Notes: a model not told the origin generated them from the sequence alone. DNA of 64,000 nt from an uncultured Bacillota bacterium (GCA_963804645.1 CAWDRG010000009.1:960001-1024000); one strand, 5' to 3'. Counted from the stretch's first letter, positions 30,413-41,078 are shown. Translations and numbers: made by a program.

Positions 30413-30955
30413 ATGACGCTCTCACTCTGGGGATTTGCCGGGTACCTGCTGCTGTACCTCGCGGTGGTGACCGGCACGGCGCTCTCGTCGCCCGGGCTGC
30501 GGCGGCGGCTGCCGATGGTCGTCCGCAGCAGCGGCACGCACACGATTCTGTCGGTCGCGGGGTTGGTGGCGACGGCGGTCCACACGCTGAAGGGCGTCGC
30601 GGCTCCGCAGGGAGCCCAGTTCGGGCTGCTCGTGTTCCTCTCACCGGGCGGGCCGCTCGATCTCGGACTGGCCCTCGGCGTGGTCTCGCTGTACCTGCTC
30701 GCGGTCGCCACCGCCGTTGTGTATCTCAAGTACGCGCTGCCGGGGCCGCTGTGGCGGGGCGTCCACGCGCTGGCGTACCCGGCGTTCGCCGCCGCGGTAT
30801 GGCACAGCGTCGCGATCGGCGCGAACGCGTGGCTGCCCGCGGTCCAGGGGATGTACGCCGTGACGGCCGGCAGCGCCGCGGCGCTCGTCCTTGCGCGTCT
30901 CGTGGAGCTCGGGGTGAGGGCCGTGCGGCCGCGCGCGGCGGTGCGGGTGCCGTGA
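30413..30955 (+). CDS. Ferric-reductase-like (MsrQ-like) transmembrane protein
   Basis: About 5 TM helices with two His pairs (HTIL...AVH; WRGVH...AVWH) typical of di-heme b TM domains. Confidence 0.65.
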   Translation: MTLSLWGFAGYLLLYLAVVTGTALSSPGLRRRLPMVVRSSGTHTILSVAGLVATAVHTLKGVAAPQGAQFGLLVFLSPGGPLDLGLALGVVSLYLLAVATAVVYLKYALPGPLWRGVHALAYPAFAAAVWHSVAIGANAWLPAVQGMYAVTAGSAAALVLARLVELGVRAVRPRAAVRVP

Positions 30956-31058
30956 CCGCACAGACCGTGAGGGGAGGAGCCCTCTCGCCGCGCCTGGAAC
31001 CCCAGACGCGGCGGCTGCCACCGCGCGGCGATCACAGCATCACCACTTTAACGGCGCG

Positions 31059-32570
31059 GTGGAAGGGGACGTACTCGTGGATCAGGCGACAGTAACGGTC
31101 GACTTCGGCCGGAGCGCCGGTGCGCTCCGGCCGATTTGGCGCAGTATCGGCTACGACGAGATCAACTGGACGTATACGGCGCGGGGGCGGGCCCTCTACG
31201 ACGCGCTCGGGCGGGTGTTTCGCGGCCCGGTCGCGGTCCGGAATCACAACGCGCTGACCAGCGGCAACGGCCTCGCCGGGCCGGCCTGGGGCTCCACCAA
31301 CATTTACCACGAGCTCGCGGACGGCCGGATGGCGCTCGACTGGCGCTGGGCGGACCAGATCTATGACGTGTACGCCGAGCACGACTGCGAGCCGATCATC
31401 GAGCTCGGCTTCATGCCGCGGGATCTGTCCGCGCAGCAGTCGGCGACCGCGTCGTTCGGATCCGGCCAGGACCTCGGACGCGAGCCGTACGAGAGCGGCG
31501 CGTGGAAGTATCCGCCCAAGGACCTGCGCCGGTGGCGCGAACTCTGCGGGGCGTTTGTCGCGCATCTCGTCGGCCGCTACGGTCCCGAGCGCATCCGGCG
31601 GTGGCGGTTCGAAGTCTGGAACGAGCCGGACATCCAGAACTACTGGAAGGGATCGCTCGACGAGTACTGCGCGATGTACGAATCGGCGCGCGCCGGGGTC
31701 AAGGACGCGCTTGCGGACGCACAGGTCGGCGGTCCTGCGACCACGTCGCGGGGCACGGAGTTCCTCCGCAAGGTGCTGGCGCGGATGGACCGCCCGGAGT
31801 TCGCCTCGTTTCACACGAAGGGCGCCCACTACACGCCGCGGCGGCACTACAATCCGTTCCTGCCGGCGCCGCGTGAGACGCCGTCGCTCGGCCAGATGCT
31901 CGGCGACATCCGGCGGGACGTCGCGGTGGTCCGGGAACGGTTCCCGGACGTGCCGATCCTCGTGGACGAGTGCGACCCCGCGGTGGGGACGATCTACGGC
32001 GTCTACGACAACCCGAACTTCATCGTCTGCAACACCACGTACTACCCGACGATCCTGTGCGCGCTTGCCGACGAGCTGCTGCGCGACGGCGAGATCGAGC
32101 GGTTCACGACGTGGGCGTTCTATTTCGAGGGGAAGCGCTGGTTTGAGGGCAACCGCACGCTCGTCACCAACGAGAACGTCGAGCTGCCGGTGGTCGACGG
32201 GTTCCGGATGCTCGAGCGGCTCGGCGACCGCCGCGTGGAGGCCAGCGCCGACAAGGTCGGGGTGCTCGCGGGCGACCGCGGGGTCATCGTGTACCACCAC
32301 GTCGACGCCTGGTGGGAGGAGGGCGCGACCCAGGTGACCCTGCGGTGCGTGGGTGCCGGGTCCGGCGTGCGCGTCTGGCGCCTCGGGGACAGCCACGCCC
32401 GGTGGCGTGAGATGGGGTCGCCCGAGTGCCCGTCGGCGGAGCAGGTCGCCGCGCTCAGAGCGGCGAGCGGCCTCCAGCCGGGCGAGACGGTCCGGGGAGA
32501 GGGCGGACGCCTCACGCACCGGCTCGACGTGCGGGCGCACGAAGCCGTGCTGTGCGAGGTGCTGCCGTAG
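31059..32570 (+). CDS. GH39 family glycoside hydrolase (beta-xylosidase-like)
   Basis: GYDE, ELGFMP, FEVWNEPD (acid/base), VGGP, FHTKG, VDE (nucleophile); start may be 31077. Confidence 0.88.
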   Translation: MEGDVLVDQATVTVDFGRSAGALRPIWRSIGYDEINWTYTARGRALYDALGRVFRGPVAVRNHNALTSGNGLAGPAWGSTNIYHELADGRMALDWRWADQIYDVYAEHDCEPIIELGFMPRDLSAQQSATASFGSGQDLGREPYESGAWKYPPKDLRRWRELCGAFVAHLVGRYGPERIRRWRFEVWNEPDIQNYWKGSLDEYCAMYESARAGVKDALADAQVGGPATTSRGTEFLRKVLARMDRPEFASFHTKGAHYTPRRHYNPFLPAPRETPSLGQMLGDIRRDVAVVRERFPDVPILVDECDPAVGTIYGVYDNPNFIVCNTTYYPTILCALADELLRDGEIERFTTWAFYFEGKRWFEGNRTLVTNENVELPVVDGFRMLERLGDRRVEASADKVGVLAGDRGVIVYHHVDAWWEEGATQVTLRCVGAGSGVRVWRLGDSHARWREMGSPECPSAEQVAALRAASGLQPGETVRGEGGRLTHRLDVRAHEAVLCEVLP

Positions 32571-33808
32571 AACTTGGGTTGATCGGCTGCGGCGGCATGG
32601 GCCGCCGGCATCTCCACGGGCTCGTGGAGCTGCACCGCGCGGCGGGCGATGCCACGGTCCGCCTCGCCGCGGTCGCCGACCGAGACCGGGCGCGGGCGTC
32701 GACGTTGGCCGCGGAGGCCGAGCGGCTGCTCGGGCGCCCGCCCGCGGTCTTTCCGGATCAGGACGCGATGGCCGCGTCGGGCGCCGTCGAGGCGGTCGCG
32801 ATCACGACCGGGACGGAGTCGCACGCGGACCTGTGCTGCGCGGCGCTTGAGCGCGGGCTCCACGTGCTGGTGGAGAAGCCGCTCGCTGTCACGGTGGCGG
32901 AGTGCCTGCGCGTGCAGCGCGCCGCGGCGCGGGCGGGCCGCGTGGTGGGCGTGGCGGAGCAGGTGCGGCGCGAGGCCGCCCACCGGCTGGCGCGCGCCGC
33001 GATCGAGAGCGGCCTGATCGGCGACGTGCGGATGGTGATCGATGAGGCGTTTTCCGGCGGCGATTCTATTCTGCTGACCCCGTGGCGCCACCGGAAGTTC
33101 ACCGGCGGCACGCTGCTCGACGTCATGGTCCACACCGCCGATTTGCTCGAATACCTGGCGGGCCGCGTGGCGCGGGTGGCCGGCCAAATCCGGCTCGCGG
33201 AGCCGGTGCGCCGCTCGCGGGGTGACCCCGGGCCGGTCAGGAGCGCCTCGTACTACGACGCGTGGGTGCCTGAGCTCCCGCGGGAGTTCGCGGCGGACGC
33301 CGAGGATGAGGCGGCCGCGGTCCTGCAGTTCCAGTCGGGCGCGCTCGGGACGTGGACGACCAGCCAGGCCGCCCATGGGGAGGCGAGCCGCGCGCGGTGG
33401 ATCTACGGCAGCCGCGGGTCCCTGCGCATGCCGCCCGACCGCTCGGGAGCCTCCCCCGTGTTCACCCCGGACCGGGGGACCGCGCTCGAGGGACAGGCCC
33501 TCGTCGACGCGGTGCCGTCCTACCGCCTCGATGAGCTCAGCGCAGCGGTCTACGGCGGCGCGCGGCACGTGCCGTCGGAGCTGCCGTTTCCCCTGATCGA
33601 TCACAAGCTCGTCGCGATCGAGCTCGGCGACTTCGCCGACGCCGTCCGGCGCCGCCGCGCGCCCGAGGTGGACGCGGCCGAGGGCACGCGTAACATCGCG
33701 CTCGTCTGGGCGGTGTGCGAGGCGTCGCTCGCCGGGGGCTGGATGGACGTCGCCGAGGTGGAGCGCGGCGAGCACACCGCGTACCAGGATACCCTGCGCC
33801 GCGCGTAG
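32552..33808 (+). CDS. Gfo/Idh/MocA family oxidoreductase
   Basis: LIGCGGMG, HVLVEKP, GGTLLDVMVH; overlaps GH39 stop. Confidence 0.88.
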   Translation: MRGAAVELGLIGCGGMGRRHLHGLVELHRAAGDATVRLAAVADRDRARASTLAAEAERLLGRPPAVFPDQDAMAASGAVEAVAITTGTESHADLCCAALERGLHVLVEKPLAVTVAECLRVQRAAARAGRVVGVAEQVRREAAHRLARAAIESGLIGDVRMVIDEAFSGGDSILLTPWRHRKFTGGTLLDVMVHTADLLEYLAGRVARVAGQIRLAEPVRRSRGDPGPVRSASYYDAWVPELPREFAADAEDEAAAVLQFQSGALGTWTTSQAAHGEASRARWIYGSRGSLRMPPDRSGASPVFTPDRGTALEGQALVDAVPSYRLDELSAAVYGGARHVPSELPFPLIDHKLVAIELGDFADAVRRRRAPEVDAAEGTRNIALVWAVCEASLAGGWMDVAEVERGEHTAYQDTLRRA

Positions 33809-34009
33809 GCGCCCCCCGCGCTGCGCCGCGGTTCCGCGGCGGCTCGATCGCCGTCGAGCATGTTTTCCGCACCCTTCGGTTGCTGCCGCCGAGATGGTCG
33901 TTACAAGAGCGTCCGAGGAGCAGGAACCCGGTCCCGGTGCCCGAACCATAGGGCGCCCTAGGCCCGGGGGCCTTGGGGTGCACGAGGACGCTGAGTGAGG
34001 GGTGCACAG

Positions 34010-35248
34010 ATGCGGCGACATCGACGGCTAGGAACGATGCTCCTGGTCTTTCCCGCACTGCTCTTAGTGCTCGCGTCTCCCGGTCGGCCGGCGTCGATGC
34101 CGGAGATCAAGGTCGGCACGGTGCTCCCGCTCACCGGGGCGTTCGGCTCCGCCGGGCTCTACTTCCGGCAGGGCTACTCGATGGCGGTCGACGACGTCAA
34201 CAACGCGGGCGGCCTCCAGGTCGGCTCCCAGAAGTACCACATCAACCTCATCATCCTCGACGACGCGAGCAACGGCACGCAGTCCCGCAGCCTGGTCGAG
34301 AAGCTGGTGACCGACCAGCACGTGAACTTCCTGCTGGGCGGGTACGACACGTCGCTCGTCGAGGCGCAAGAGGTCGTCCCGGATCAGTACAAGATTCCGT
34401 ACGTGGAGGGCGGCGGCGCGGCCTCGGATATCTTCAAGCGCGGGTACAAGTATCTCTTCGGCACGCTCGCGACGGTGTACGACATGGGCACGACCACGGC
34501 CGACTTCCTGACCTACGAGATGAACCAGGGGAAGCTGCCGAAGCCGCTCACCGAGGCGGTGGTGTACGAGAACACCGATCACGGCAAGGACTATATCAAC
34601 GCGCTGACCGACGAGGCGAAGGCGCACCCGGATCTGTTCAAGATCGTGCTCAGTCAGCCGTTCCAGCTCAACGCCAGCGACTTCAGCCCGCTGCTCCAGC
34701 AGGTCAAGGCGGCGAACCCCGAGGCGTTTCTGTCCGACGCCCATCTGCCGGACTTCATCACGATGCAGCGGCAGTATCTGCAGCTCGGGATGTACAACCC
34801 GTTCATCTCGTACGGCGCCCGCGGGCCGGATCAGGCGGGACGCAAGGCGCTCGGCGCCGGCGCGGACTATCTCATCGCCGCGCTGTGGTGGACGCCCGCG
34901 CTCAAGGATCCGGGCTCGCAGCTCTTTTCCGACCGGTACGAGAAGGAGTTCAACGCGACCCCGGACTGGTTCCAGGCGCTCGGCTACGACACGGCGCGGG
35001 TGTTGTTCGCCGGCGTCCACAACGCCAACAGCCTCGACGGGACCGCGGTGCGGGACTCGCTCGCGCACCTCGTGTTCAAGAGCGCGCTGATCCCGGGCAA
35101 CGTGATCCGGTTCGGTGCCAACGGGCAGATCCAGGGATCGCCGTACGTGGTCGTCCAGAACACTCCCGGCAACACGGTGCGGATCGTGTGGCCGCGGAAC
35201 CTCCCGGAGACGAGGGACGTGACGCTGCCCGTGCCGCACATGCCGTAA
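34010..35248 (+). CDS. Liv-type (branched-chain amino acid family) ABC substrate-binding protein
   Basis: Signal peptide; IKVGTVLPLTG, VNNAGG, LDDAS, ALGYD. Confidence 0.9.
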   Translation: MRRHRRLGTMLLVFPALLLVLASPGRPASMPEIKVGTVLPLTGAFGSAGLYFRQGYSMAVDDVNNAGGLQVGSQKYHINLIILDDASNGTQSRSLVEKLVTDQHVNFLLGGYDTSLVEAQEVVPDQYKIPYVEGGGAASDIFKRGYKYLFGTLATVYDMGTTTADFLTYEMNQGKLPKPLTEAVVYENTDHGKDYINALTDEAKAHPDLFKIVLSQPFQLNASDFSPLLQQVKAANPEAFLSDAHLPDFITMQRQYLQLGMYNPFISYGARGPDQAGRKALGAGADYLIAALWWTPALKDPGSQLFSDRYEKEFNATPDWFQALGYDTARVLFAGVHNANSLDGTAVRDSLAHLVFKSALIPGNVIRFGANGQIQGSPYVVVQNTPGNTVRIVWPRNLPETRDVTLPVPHMP

Positions 35249-35285
35249 CGGCGGCGCCGGGCCGGACGCCCGGACGGCGGCCCTT

Positions 35286-36170
35286 GTGTTGACGGCCCAA
35301 AACCTGATCTCGATCGGCATCGCGGCGCTGCTGACGGCGGGGCTGTACGCAGCCATGTCGTACGGCCTCGCCCTCATTTACGGCGTCATGAAGGTGATCA
35401 ACCTCAGCAACGCCGGGTTCCTGATGCTGGGGGCGTTCATGACGTTCGTGTACTTTAACGCGTGGCACCTCGATCCAATGCTCGGCGCCGTCGTGAACCT
35501 GCCCGTATTCTTTGTGGCCGGCTGGCTCCTGTACACGCTGCTGGTCCGGCGGGTGATGGCCGCGCTGCCGATCGCCTCGCTGCTGCTCTTGTTCGCGGTG
35601 TGGCTCGTGCTGCAGAACGTGGCGCTGCTCATCTGGGGAAGCGACGACCACTCGATCATCACGGCGTACACGTACAAGGCCGTCGAGATCCTCGGCTACC
35701 GCATCCCGCTGACGCGGCTCCTGGTCTTCGGCATCGCGGTGGCCGCCCTCGGCGTGCTCCACCTGGTCCTCGGCCGCACGTATCTCGGCAAGGCGCTGCG
35801 GGCCACCGTCCAGGACCCGCAGGCCGCGGTGCTCGCGGGCATCGACACCGAGCGGCTCAGCGCCCTCTCGTTCGGGCTCGGCACCGCGCTCGCCGCGTTC
35901 GCGGGCGGCCTGCTCACGCTCTTGTTCAGCTTCACGCCGGACTTCGGCGGCGACTTCCAGCTCAAGAGCTTCACGATCATCGTCCTCGGCGGCCTCGAGA
36001 GCTTCGCGGGGGTGATGGTCGGCGCGGCGATCCTCGCGTTCACGGAGTCCTACGCGGTGCTGTTCATGCGTGCGAGCCTGCAGAACGTGCTCGCGTACGC
36101 CCTGCTCGTGATCGCGCTGATCGTGCTGCCCGGGGGCGTCTCCCAGCTCTGGACGCGGAACCGTTCGTGA
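35286..36170 (+). CDS. livH: Liv-type ABC permease (LivH-like)
   Basis: GLALIYGVMKVINL, TYLGKALRA, LGG. Confidence 0.9.
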   Translation: MLTAQNLISIGIAALLTAGLYAAMSYGLALIYGVMKVINLSNAGFLMLGAFMTFVYFNAWHLDPMLGAVVNLPVFFVAGWLLYTLLVRRVMAALPIASLLLLFAVWLVLQNVALLIWGSDDHSIITAYTYKAVEILGYRIPLTRLLVFGIAVAALGVLHLVLGRTYLGKALRATVQDPQAAVLAGIDTERLSALSFGLGTALAAFAGGLLTLLFSFTPDFGGDFQLKSFTIIVLGGLESFAGVMVGAAILAFTESYAVLFMRASLQNVLAYALLVIALIVLPGGVSQLWTRNRS

Positions 36171-37180
36171 CGGCCGACCGCGCGCGGCGCGGGCCCGCCG
36201 CGCGCCCGGAGCTGCTCATCGCGGCGGCGCTCGGCATCGCGCTGGCGTTCGTGCCGGCGCTGCGGCCCGGCGACCTCACGCTCCTGAACCTCGGGTTCTT
36301 CACCCTGCTCTATGTGGCCCAGGGCGTTTCCTGGAACATCCTCGGCGGCTTCGCCGGATACATTTCGTTCGGGTACGCGGCGTTCTACGGCCTCGGCGCG
36401 TACACGACCGCACTGTTGTGGATCGCCGGGTGGCCGCCGGTCCTCACGTATCCGGTCGCCGGGCTCGTCGCCGCGGTGTTCTCGCTCGTGATCGGGGTGC
36501 CGACGCTCCGGCTCGTGGGTCCGTACTTCTCCATCGCCACCATCGGCGTGGGCGAGGCGATGCGCATCCTGATGCTGAACCTCGACCGGATCACCGGCGG
36601 CGCCTCCGGGCTCAACCTGCCAACGACGGTGCCGTCGAAGGCGTGGTTCTACGAGGCCGCGCTGGTGCTGGCCGCGGTGGCGTTCGCCGCCGCCGCGTGG
36701 GTGCGCGGCGCGCGGCTCGGGCTCGGCCTGCGCGCGCTGCGCCTGGACCAGGAGGCCGCGGAGAGCCTCGGCGTGCGGACCGCCCTGTTCAAGAACCTCG
36801 CCCACATCCTGAGCGCGTTCTTGGTCGGCGCGTGCGGCGGGCTGTTCGCGACCTACTTTCAATACGTGCATCCCGACACGGACTTCAGCTTCACCGAGAG
36901 CATCAGCCTCGTCTTGATCTGTCTGATCGGCGGCCTCGGCACGCTGTGGGGACCGGTCATCGGCGCCGTGATCTTCTACGCGGTCCAGAACTACCTCCAG
37001 TCCAGCTATCCGAACCTGTACCTGCTCGTGTACGGGGTGCTCCTGATCTTTGTCCTGCTGTTCGAGCCCCGGGGTCTCGTGGGCCTCGCGACGCGGCTGT
37101 GGGAGCGGGGCCGCCGGCCGGCCCGCCGCACCCCGGCCGCGGCGGACGCGCCCCCGAGCGGCTCCGAGGGCGCCGAATGA
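36167..37180 (+). CDS. livM: Liv-type ABC permease (LivM-like)
   Basis: WNILGGFAGYISFG, YFSIAT, TGGASG, GGLGTLWGP; GTGA overlap. Confidence 0.9.
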   Translation: MTADRARRGPAARPELLIAAALGIALAFVPALRPGDLTLLNLGFFTLLYVAQGVSWNILGGFAGYISFGYAAFYGLGAYTTALLWIAGWPPVLTYPVAGLVAAVFSLVIGVPTLRLVGPYFSIATIGVGEAMRILMLNLDRITGGASGLNLPTTVPSKAWFYEAALVLAAVAFAAAAWVRGARLGLGLRALRLDQEAAESLGVRTALFKNLAHILSAFLVGACGGLFATYFQYVHPDTDFSFTESISLVLICLIGGLGTLWGPVIGAVIFYAVQNYLQSSYPNLYLLVYGVLLIFVLLFEPRGLVGLATRLWERGRRPARRTPAAADAPPSGSEGAE

Positions 37181-37920
37181 ACGCCGCGCTGGCGCTTGTC
37201 CATCTGACAAAGCGCTTCGGCGGGCTGGTGGCGGTCCACGACGTGTCGGCGGAGATCGCCCCCGGGCACATCACGAGCCTGATCGGTCCGAACGGCGCGG
37301 GGAAAACGACGCTGTTTCGCATGGCGAGCGGGCATACCCGGCCGTCGTCGGGCGCCGTGTTGCACGACGGCGTGAACATCACGGGGTGGAGCCTCCACGC
37401 CGTCGCGCGGCGCGGGGTGTGCGCGACGCATCAGATCGTGCGCCCATTCACGGAGATGACCGTGCTGGAAAACGTCCTGGTCGGGGCCACGTTCGGCGGC
37501 GGGGCGCGTCTCGGCGGCACGGTGCCGCGCGCCGAGGCCGAGGAGGTGCTGGAGTTCACCGACCTCACGGCGTGGCGCGACGCGCCGGCGTCGGTGCTTA
37601 CGCTCGCGATGCGGAAGCGGCTCGAGATCGCCCGCGCGCTCGCCACGCGCCCGTCTGTCCTCCTGCTCGATGAGGCGCTCGCCGGGCTGACGCCGACCGA
37701 GTCGCAGCAGGCGGTCGGTCTCGTCCGGCGGATTCGGGACCGCGGGATCACGGTGGTGATGATCGAGCACGTGATGCGGGCCGTGATGGACCTGTCCGAC
37801 CGAGTGCTGGTGCTCAACTACGGACGGCTGATCGCCGACGGGGCGCCGTCGGTCGTGACGAGCGACCCTTGGGTGATCGAAGCCTACCTGGGGAGCCCGG
37901 ACGCGTCGGTGTCACCGTGA
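37177..37920 (+). CDS. livG: Liv-type ABC ATP-binding protein (LivG-like)
   Basis: KRFGGLVAV, GPNGAGKTT, LEIARALAT, LLLDE, IEH, EAYLG. Confidence 0.92.
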   Translation: MNAALALVHLTKRFGGLVAVHDVSAEIAPGHITSLIGPNGAGKTTLFRMASGHTRPSSGAVLHDGVNITGWSLHAVARRGVCATHQIVRPFTEMTVLENVLVGATFGGGARLGGTVPRAEAEEVLEFTDLTAWRDAPASVLTLAMRKRLEIARALATRPSVLLLDEALAGLTPTESQQAVGLVRRIRDRGITVVMIEHVMRAVMDLSDRVLVLNYGRLIADGAPSVVTSDPWVIEAYLGSPDASVSP

Positions 37921-38660
37921 TCGCGGACGTTCGGCCCGGGCCCGCGGACACGCCGCTGCTCGAGGTCGCGGGCGTCGCGGCCGCCTACGGCCACGTGCGG
38001 GCCCTGTGGGACGTGTCGTTCACCGTGCGGGAGGGCGAGATCGTCACGCTGCTCGGCGCGAACGGCGCCGGCAAGACGACCACGATGCGGGTCATCTCCG
38101 GGCTGCTTCGGCCCGAGCGGGGAGAGGTCCGAATGGCCGGCCGGCCGATCCAGCGGCTGCGCGCGTCCCAGATCGTCGGGGCGGGCGTCGTGCAGATCCC
38201 CGAGGGACGCCATCTGTGGCCCCGCATGACCGTGATCGAGAACTTGGAGTTGGGCGCGTTCACGCCGCGCGGCCGGGCCCGCGTCCGCGACACCATGGCG
38301 TCGGTCCTGTCGCTGTTTCCGAGGCTCGCGGAGCGGCGCGCACAGCTCGCGGGGACGCTCTCTGGCGGGGAGCAGCAGATGCTGGCTATCGGCCGCGGGC
38401 TGATGAGCCTGCCGCGCCTCTTGATGCTCGATGAGCCGTCCCTCGGCCTCGCGCCGCTGCTCGTGCGCGAGGTCTTTGAGACCATCCGGCGCATCAACGG
38501 CGAAGGGGTGACCGTGCTGCTCGTCGAGCAGAACGCGCATCAGGCGCTCGAGATCGCCGCCCGAGGCTACGTCCTGGAGACCGGCCGCATCGTCCGTGCG
38601 GGTACCGCGGCCGACCTGCGCCAGGATCCCGAGATCAGGCGGGTATATCTCGGAATCTAG
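37917..38660 (+). CDS. livF: Liv-type ABC ATP-binding protein (LivF-like)
   Basis: GANGAGKTT, PEGR, LSGGEQQMLAIGR, DEPSLGLAP, VEQN. Confidence 0.93.
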   Translation: MIADVRPGPADTPLLEVAGVAAAYGHVRALWDVSFTVREGEIVTLLGANGAGKTTTMRVISGLLRPERGEVRMAGRPIQRLRASQIVGAGVVQIPEGRHLWPRMTVIENLELGAFTPRGRARVRDTMASVLSLFPRLAERRAQLAGTLSGGEQQMLAIGRGLMSLPRLLMLDEPSLGLAPLLVREVFETIRRINGEGVTVLLVEQNAHQALEIAARGYVLETGRIVRAGTAADLRQDPEIRRVYLGI

Positions 38661-38969
38661 GCCGGATGTCGGCGACCTGCCGTCGTGGAGCACGGTGCCG
38701 CTTGGCTGCGGCTGCTCGATGTGACCGGCGCGTTACGCGATAGGACGGGGTGCTGGGCGCCATCGACCGCGGCATTCGTGGTAAGATCAAATCTGACTAA
38801 GGGACACCGAGCGAGCCGGGTAACCCACCGCGTTGCGCGGTACGGGACGATGGCCGCCCAGGCTGGCAACTCCTGACGCCGAAGCCACACCTTGCGCCGC
38901 GCCCGCTACGCTTCGGGACCGCCGTGGCAAGAATCAGCGAGAACCAACCGAATACCTAACTTTGGTGGG

Positions 38970-38998
38970 ATGACCCCAAGTCCGTCGAGGCTTACAAT
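38970..38998 (+). promoter_or_regulatory. sigma70-like promoter upstream of the sulfatase island
   Basis: ATGACC-N17-TACAAT in an AT-richer intergenic segment. Confidence 0.45.
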
Positions 38999-39144
38999 AT
39001 GGTCCACGGGCGTGCACAACATGGTCCTCGATCGACGCGGGATCCTCTCGTGGTCATCGCGGGCCGCCGCCGCGTGGTGACCGGGACGCTCGGGGCAGCG
39101 GGGACGGAAGGACAGCCAAGGCCGATCGAGCCGGAGGTGTCGTA

Positions 39145-40017
39145 ATGCACATCACGTTGCCGTTGGCGATGGTGCTCCTGTTCTTGGTCACGGTGATGTT
39201 CGCGGTGGGTCTCGAGGAAACCCCCGGGCAGGTCCTGGCCACCATCAAAAACGGTCCGCTCATGGCGAAGCTCCTCGTCGCGAACCTCGTGCTGATGCCG
39301 GTCATTGCCCTGCTTCTCTTGAAGCTCGCCAACCTGTCGGAAGACATCGTCATCGGCATCCTGCTGATGGCGGCGGCTCCCGGCGTCCCGTTTCTGCCGC
39401 GGATGGCCGCCTCCGCCAAAGGGAATGTCGCGTTCGCGGTCGGGCTGATGATCGTGCTGCAGATGGCCTCCGTCATCACCACGCCAGTCACGCTGAATCT
39501 CATCCTGCCTGTGGACGCTGTGGTCAAGGTCCCCGCGGCTCGTATCATCACCTCCCTGGTCTTGTTCCAGCTGATTCCCCTCGCGCTCGGCATGCTGATC
39601 GCGCACCGTTCCGCGTCGCTGGCCGGCACGCTCGCGAAGCCGGCCAAACTGCTGTCGACCATCGGTCTGATCGGGACGGTGGTGTTGTTGATCGGGCCCC
39701 ACCTCGACGTGGTGGGCAAGGTGTTCGGGGGAGGCGCGCTGGCGATCATGTTGGTGCTCGTCGTCGTCGCGTGGCCCATCGGCTGGGCCCTGGGCGGAGC
39801 GGATGTGGCCTCCCGGAAGACCCTGGCCCTGGGCACCAGCCTGCGGAACGTCGGGCTGTGCCTGCTGGTCGGCACCCAGGACTTCCCAAACACGGGTGTC
39901 GTCGCCGCCGTCGGGTCCTATCTGCTGATTCAAGCCGTTGCGAACCTGATCTTCGCGAGATATCTGGGCCGCGCGTCCAAACCGGAACTGGGCGGGGCGT
40001 CGGCAAAACCGGTCTAG
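39145..40017 (+). CDS. Bile acid:sodium symporter (BASS) family transporter
   Basis: MFAVGL, ANLVLMP, AAAPG, KGN, RNVG; many TM helices; GGAGG RBS. Confidence 0.85.
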   Translation: MHITLPLAMVLLFLVTVMFAVGLEETPGQVLATIKNGPLMAKLLVANLVLMPVIALLLLKLANLSEDIVIGILLMAAAPGVPFLPRMAASAKGNVAFAVGLMIVLQMASVITTPVTLNLILPVDAVVKVPAARIITSLVLFQLIPLALGMLIAHRSASLAGTLAKPAKLLSTIGLIGTVVLLIGPHLDVVGKVFGGGALAIMLVLVVVAWPIGWALGGADVASRKTLALGTSLRNVGLCLLVGTQDFPNTGVVAAVGSYLLIQAVANLIFARYLGRASKPELGGASAKPV

Positions 40018-40067
40018 GCGTCAACCGGCTGTTCGATACGCGACATGGTGAGACAAGGGGAGTAGCG

Positions 40068-41078
40068 ATGGACGAGGTCACACACTCGGCGATCGAGATA
40101 CGAGCAAGAAAGACGTCGACCGGTTCGAAGCAGGTGCTCCCGCCGGCGCCGGGCATGATGTGGGTCCCGGGCGGGACGTTTCAGATGGGTTCGGAGCAGT
40201 ACTATCCGGAAGAGGCTCCGGTCCACCGGGTCACCGTCGACGCCTTCTGGATGGATCAGCACACCGTGACGAACGAAGCGTTTGCCCGGTTTGTCGACGC
40301 GGCCGGCCATGTCACGTTCGCGGAGCGTCAGCCTCGAGCGGAGGACTATCCCGGAGCGCTGCCGGGAATGCTCGTCCCCGGGTCCCTGGTCTTCCAGAAG
40401 CCCGCGCAGCGCGTCGATCTGCAGAACATGACCAACTGGTGGGCATACGTGCCGGGGGCGGACTGGCGGCACCCGGAGGGCCCGAACAGCTCAATCGAGG
40501 GGCGGGAGACTCATCCGGTCGTGCACGTCGCGTACGAGGACGCGAAAGCGTACGCGGCGTGGGCAAGGAAGTCCCTGCCAACCGAAGCCGAATGGGAGTT
40601 TGCCGCGCGCGGCGGACTGGACGGCGCGGCGTACGCCTGGGGCGACGAGTTCGCGCCGGACGGCCAGATGATGGCGAACACCTGGCAGGGGGAGTTCCCC
40701 TGGGAGAACCTGCGCACCGACGGGTACGAGGGGACGGCTCCCGTGGGGTCGTTTCCGGCGAACGGGTACGGGCTCTACGACATGGCGGGTAACGTCTGGC
40801 AGTGGACGATGGACTGGTATTATCCGCGCCACCCCGAGGAGGCGCAGAAGGCGTGCTGCGTGCCGGTGAACCCTCGCGGCGGGAAGAAAGATGCGAGCTA
40901 CGATCCGGCGCAGCCGGACATCCGGATTCCACGGAAAGTCCTGAAGGGCGGGTCCCACCTCTGCGCTCCCAACTACTGCCTGCGGTATCGTCCCGCGGCG
41001 CGATTTCCCGAGCCGATCGACACTTCGACCTGCCACGTCGGGTTTCGATGCATCGTGAGGGCATCGGCGAAGTCGTAA
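40068..41078 (+). CDS. Formylglycine-generating enzyme (sulfatase maturase)
   Basis: FQMGS, HPVVHV, LPTEAEWEFAARGG, GLYDMAGNVW, KGGSHLCAPNYCLRYRPAAR (catalytic Cys pair intact), GFRC. Confidence 0.93.
   Translation: MDEVTHSAIEIRARKTSTGSKQVLPPAPGMMWVPGGTFQMGSEQYYPEEAPVHRVTVDAFWMDQHTVTNEAFARFVDAAGHVTFAERQPRAEDYPGALPGMLVPGSLVFQKPAQRVDLQNMTNWWAYVPGADWRHPEGPNSSIEGRETHPVVHVAYEDAKAYAAWARKSLPTEAEWEFAARGGLDGAAYAWGDEFAPDGQMMANTWQGEFPWENLRTDGYEGTAPVGSFPANGYGLYDMAGNVWQWTMDWYYPRHPEEAQKACCVPVNPRGGKKDASYDPAQPDIRIPRKVLKGGSHLCAPNYCLRYRPAARFPEPIDTSTCHVGFRCIVRASAKS

Noticed and set aside
38661..39144. tRNA, att site or IS remnant at the left edge of the sulfatase island
   Set aside because: No cloverleaf, terminal inverted repeats, flanking direct repeat or integrase/transposase fragment recognisable.
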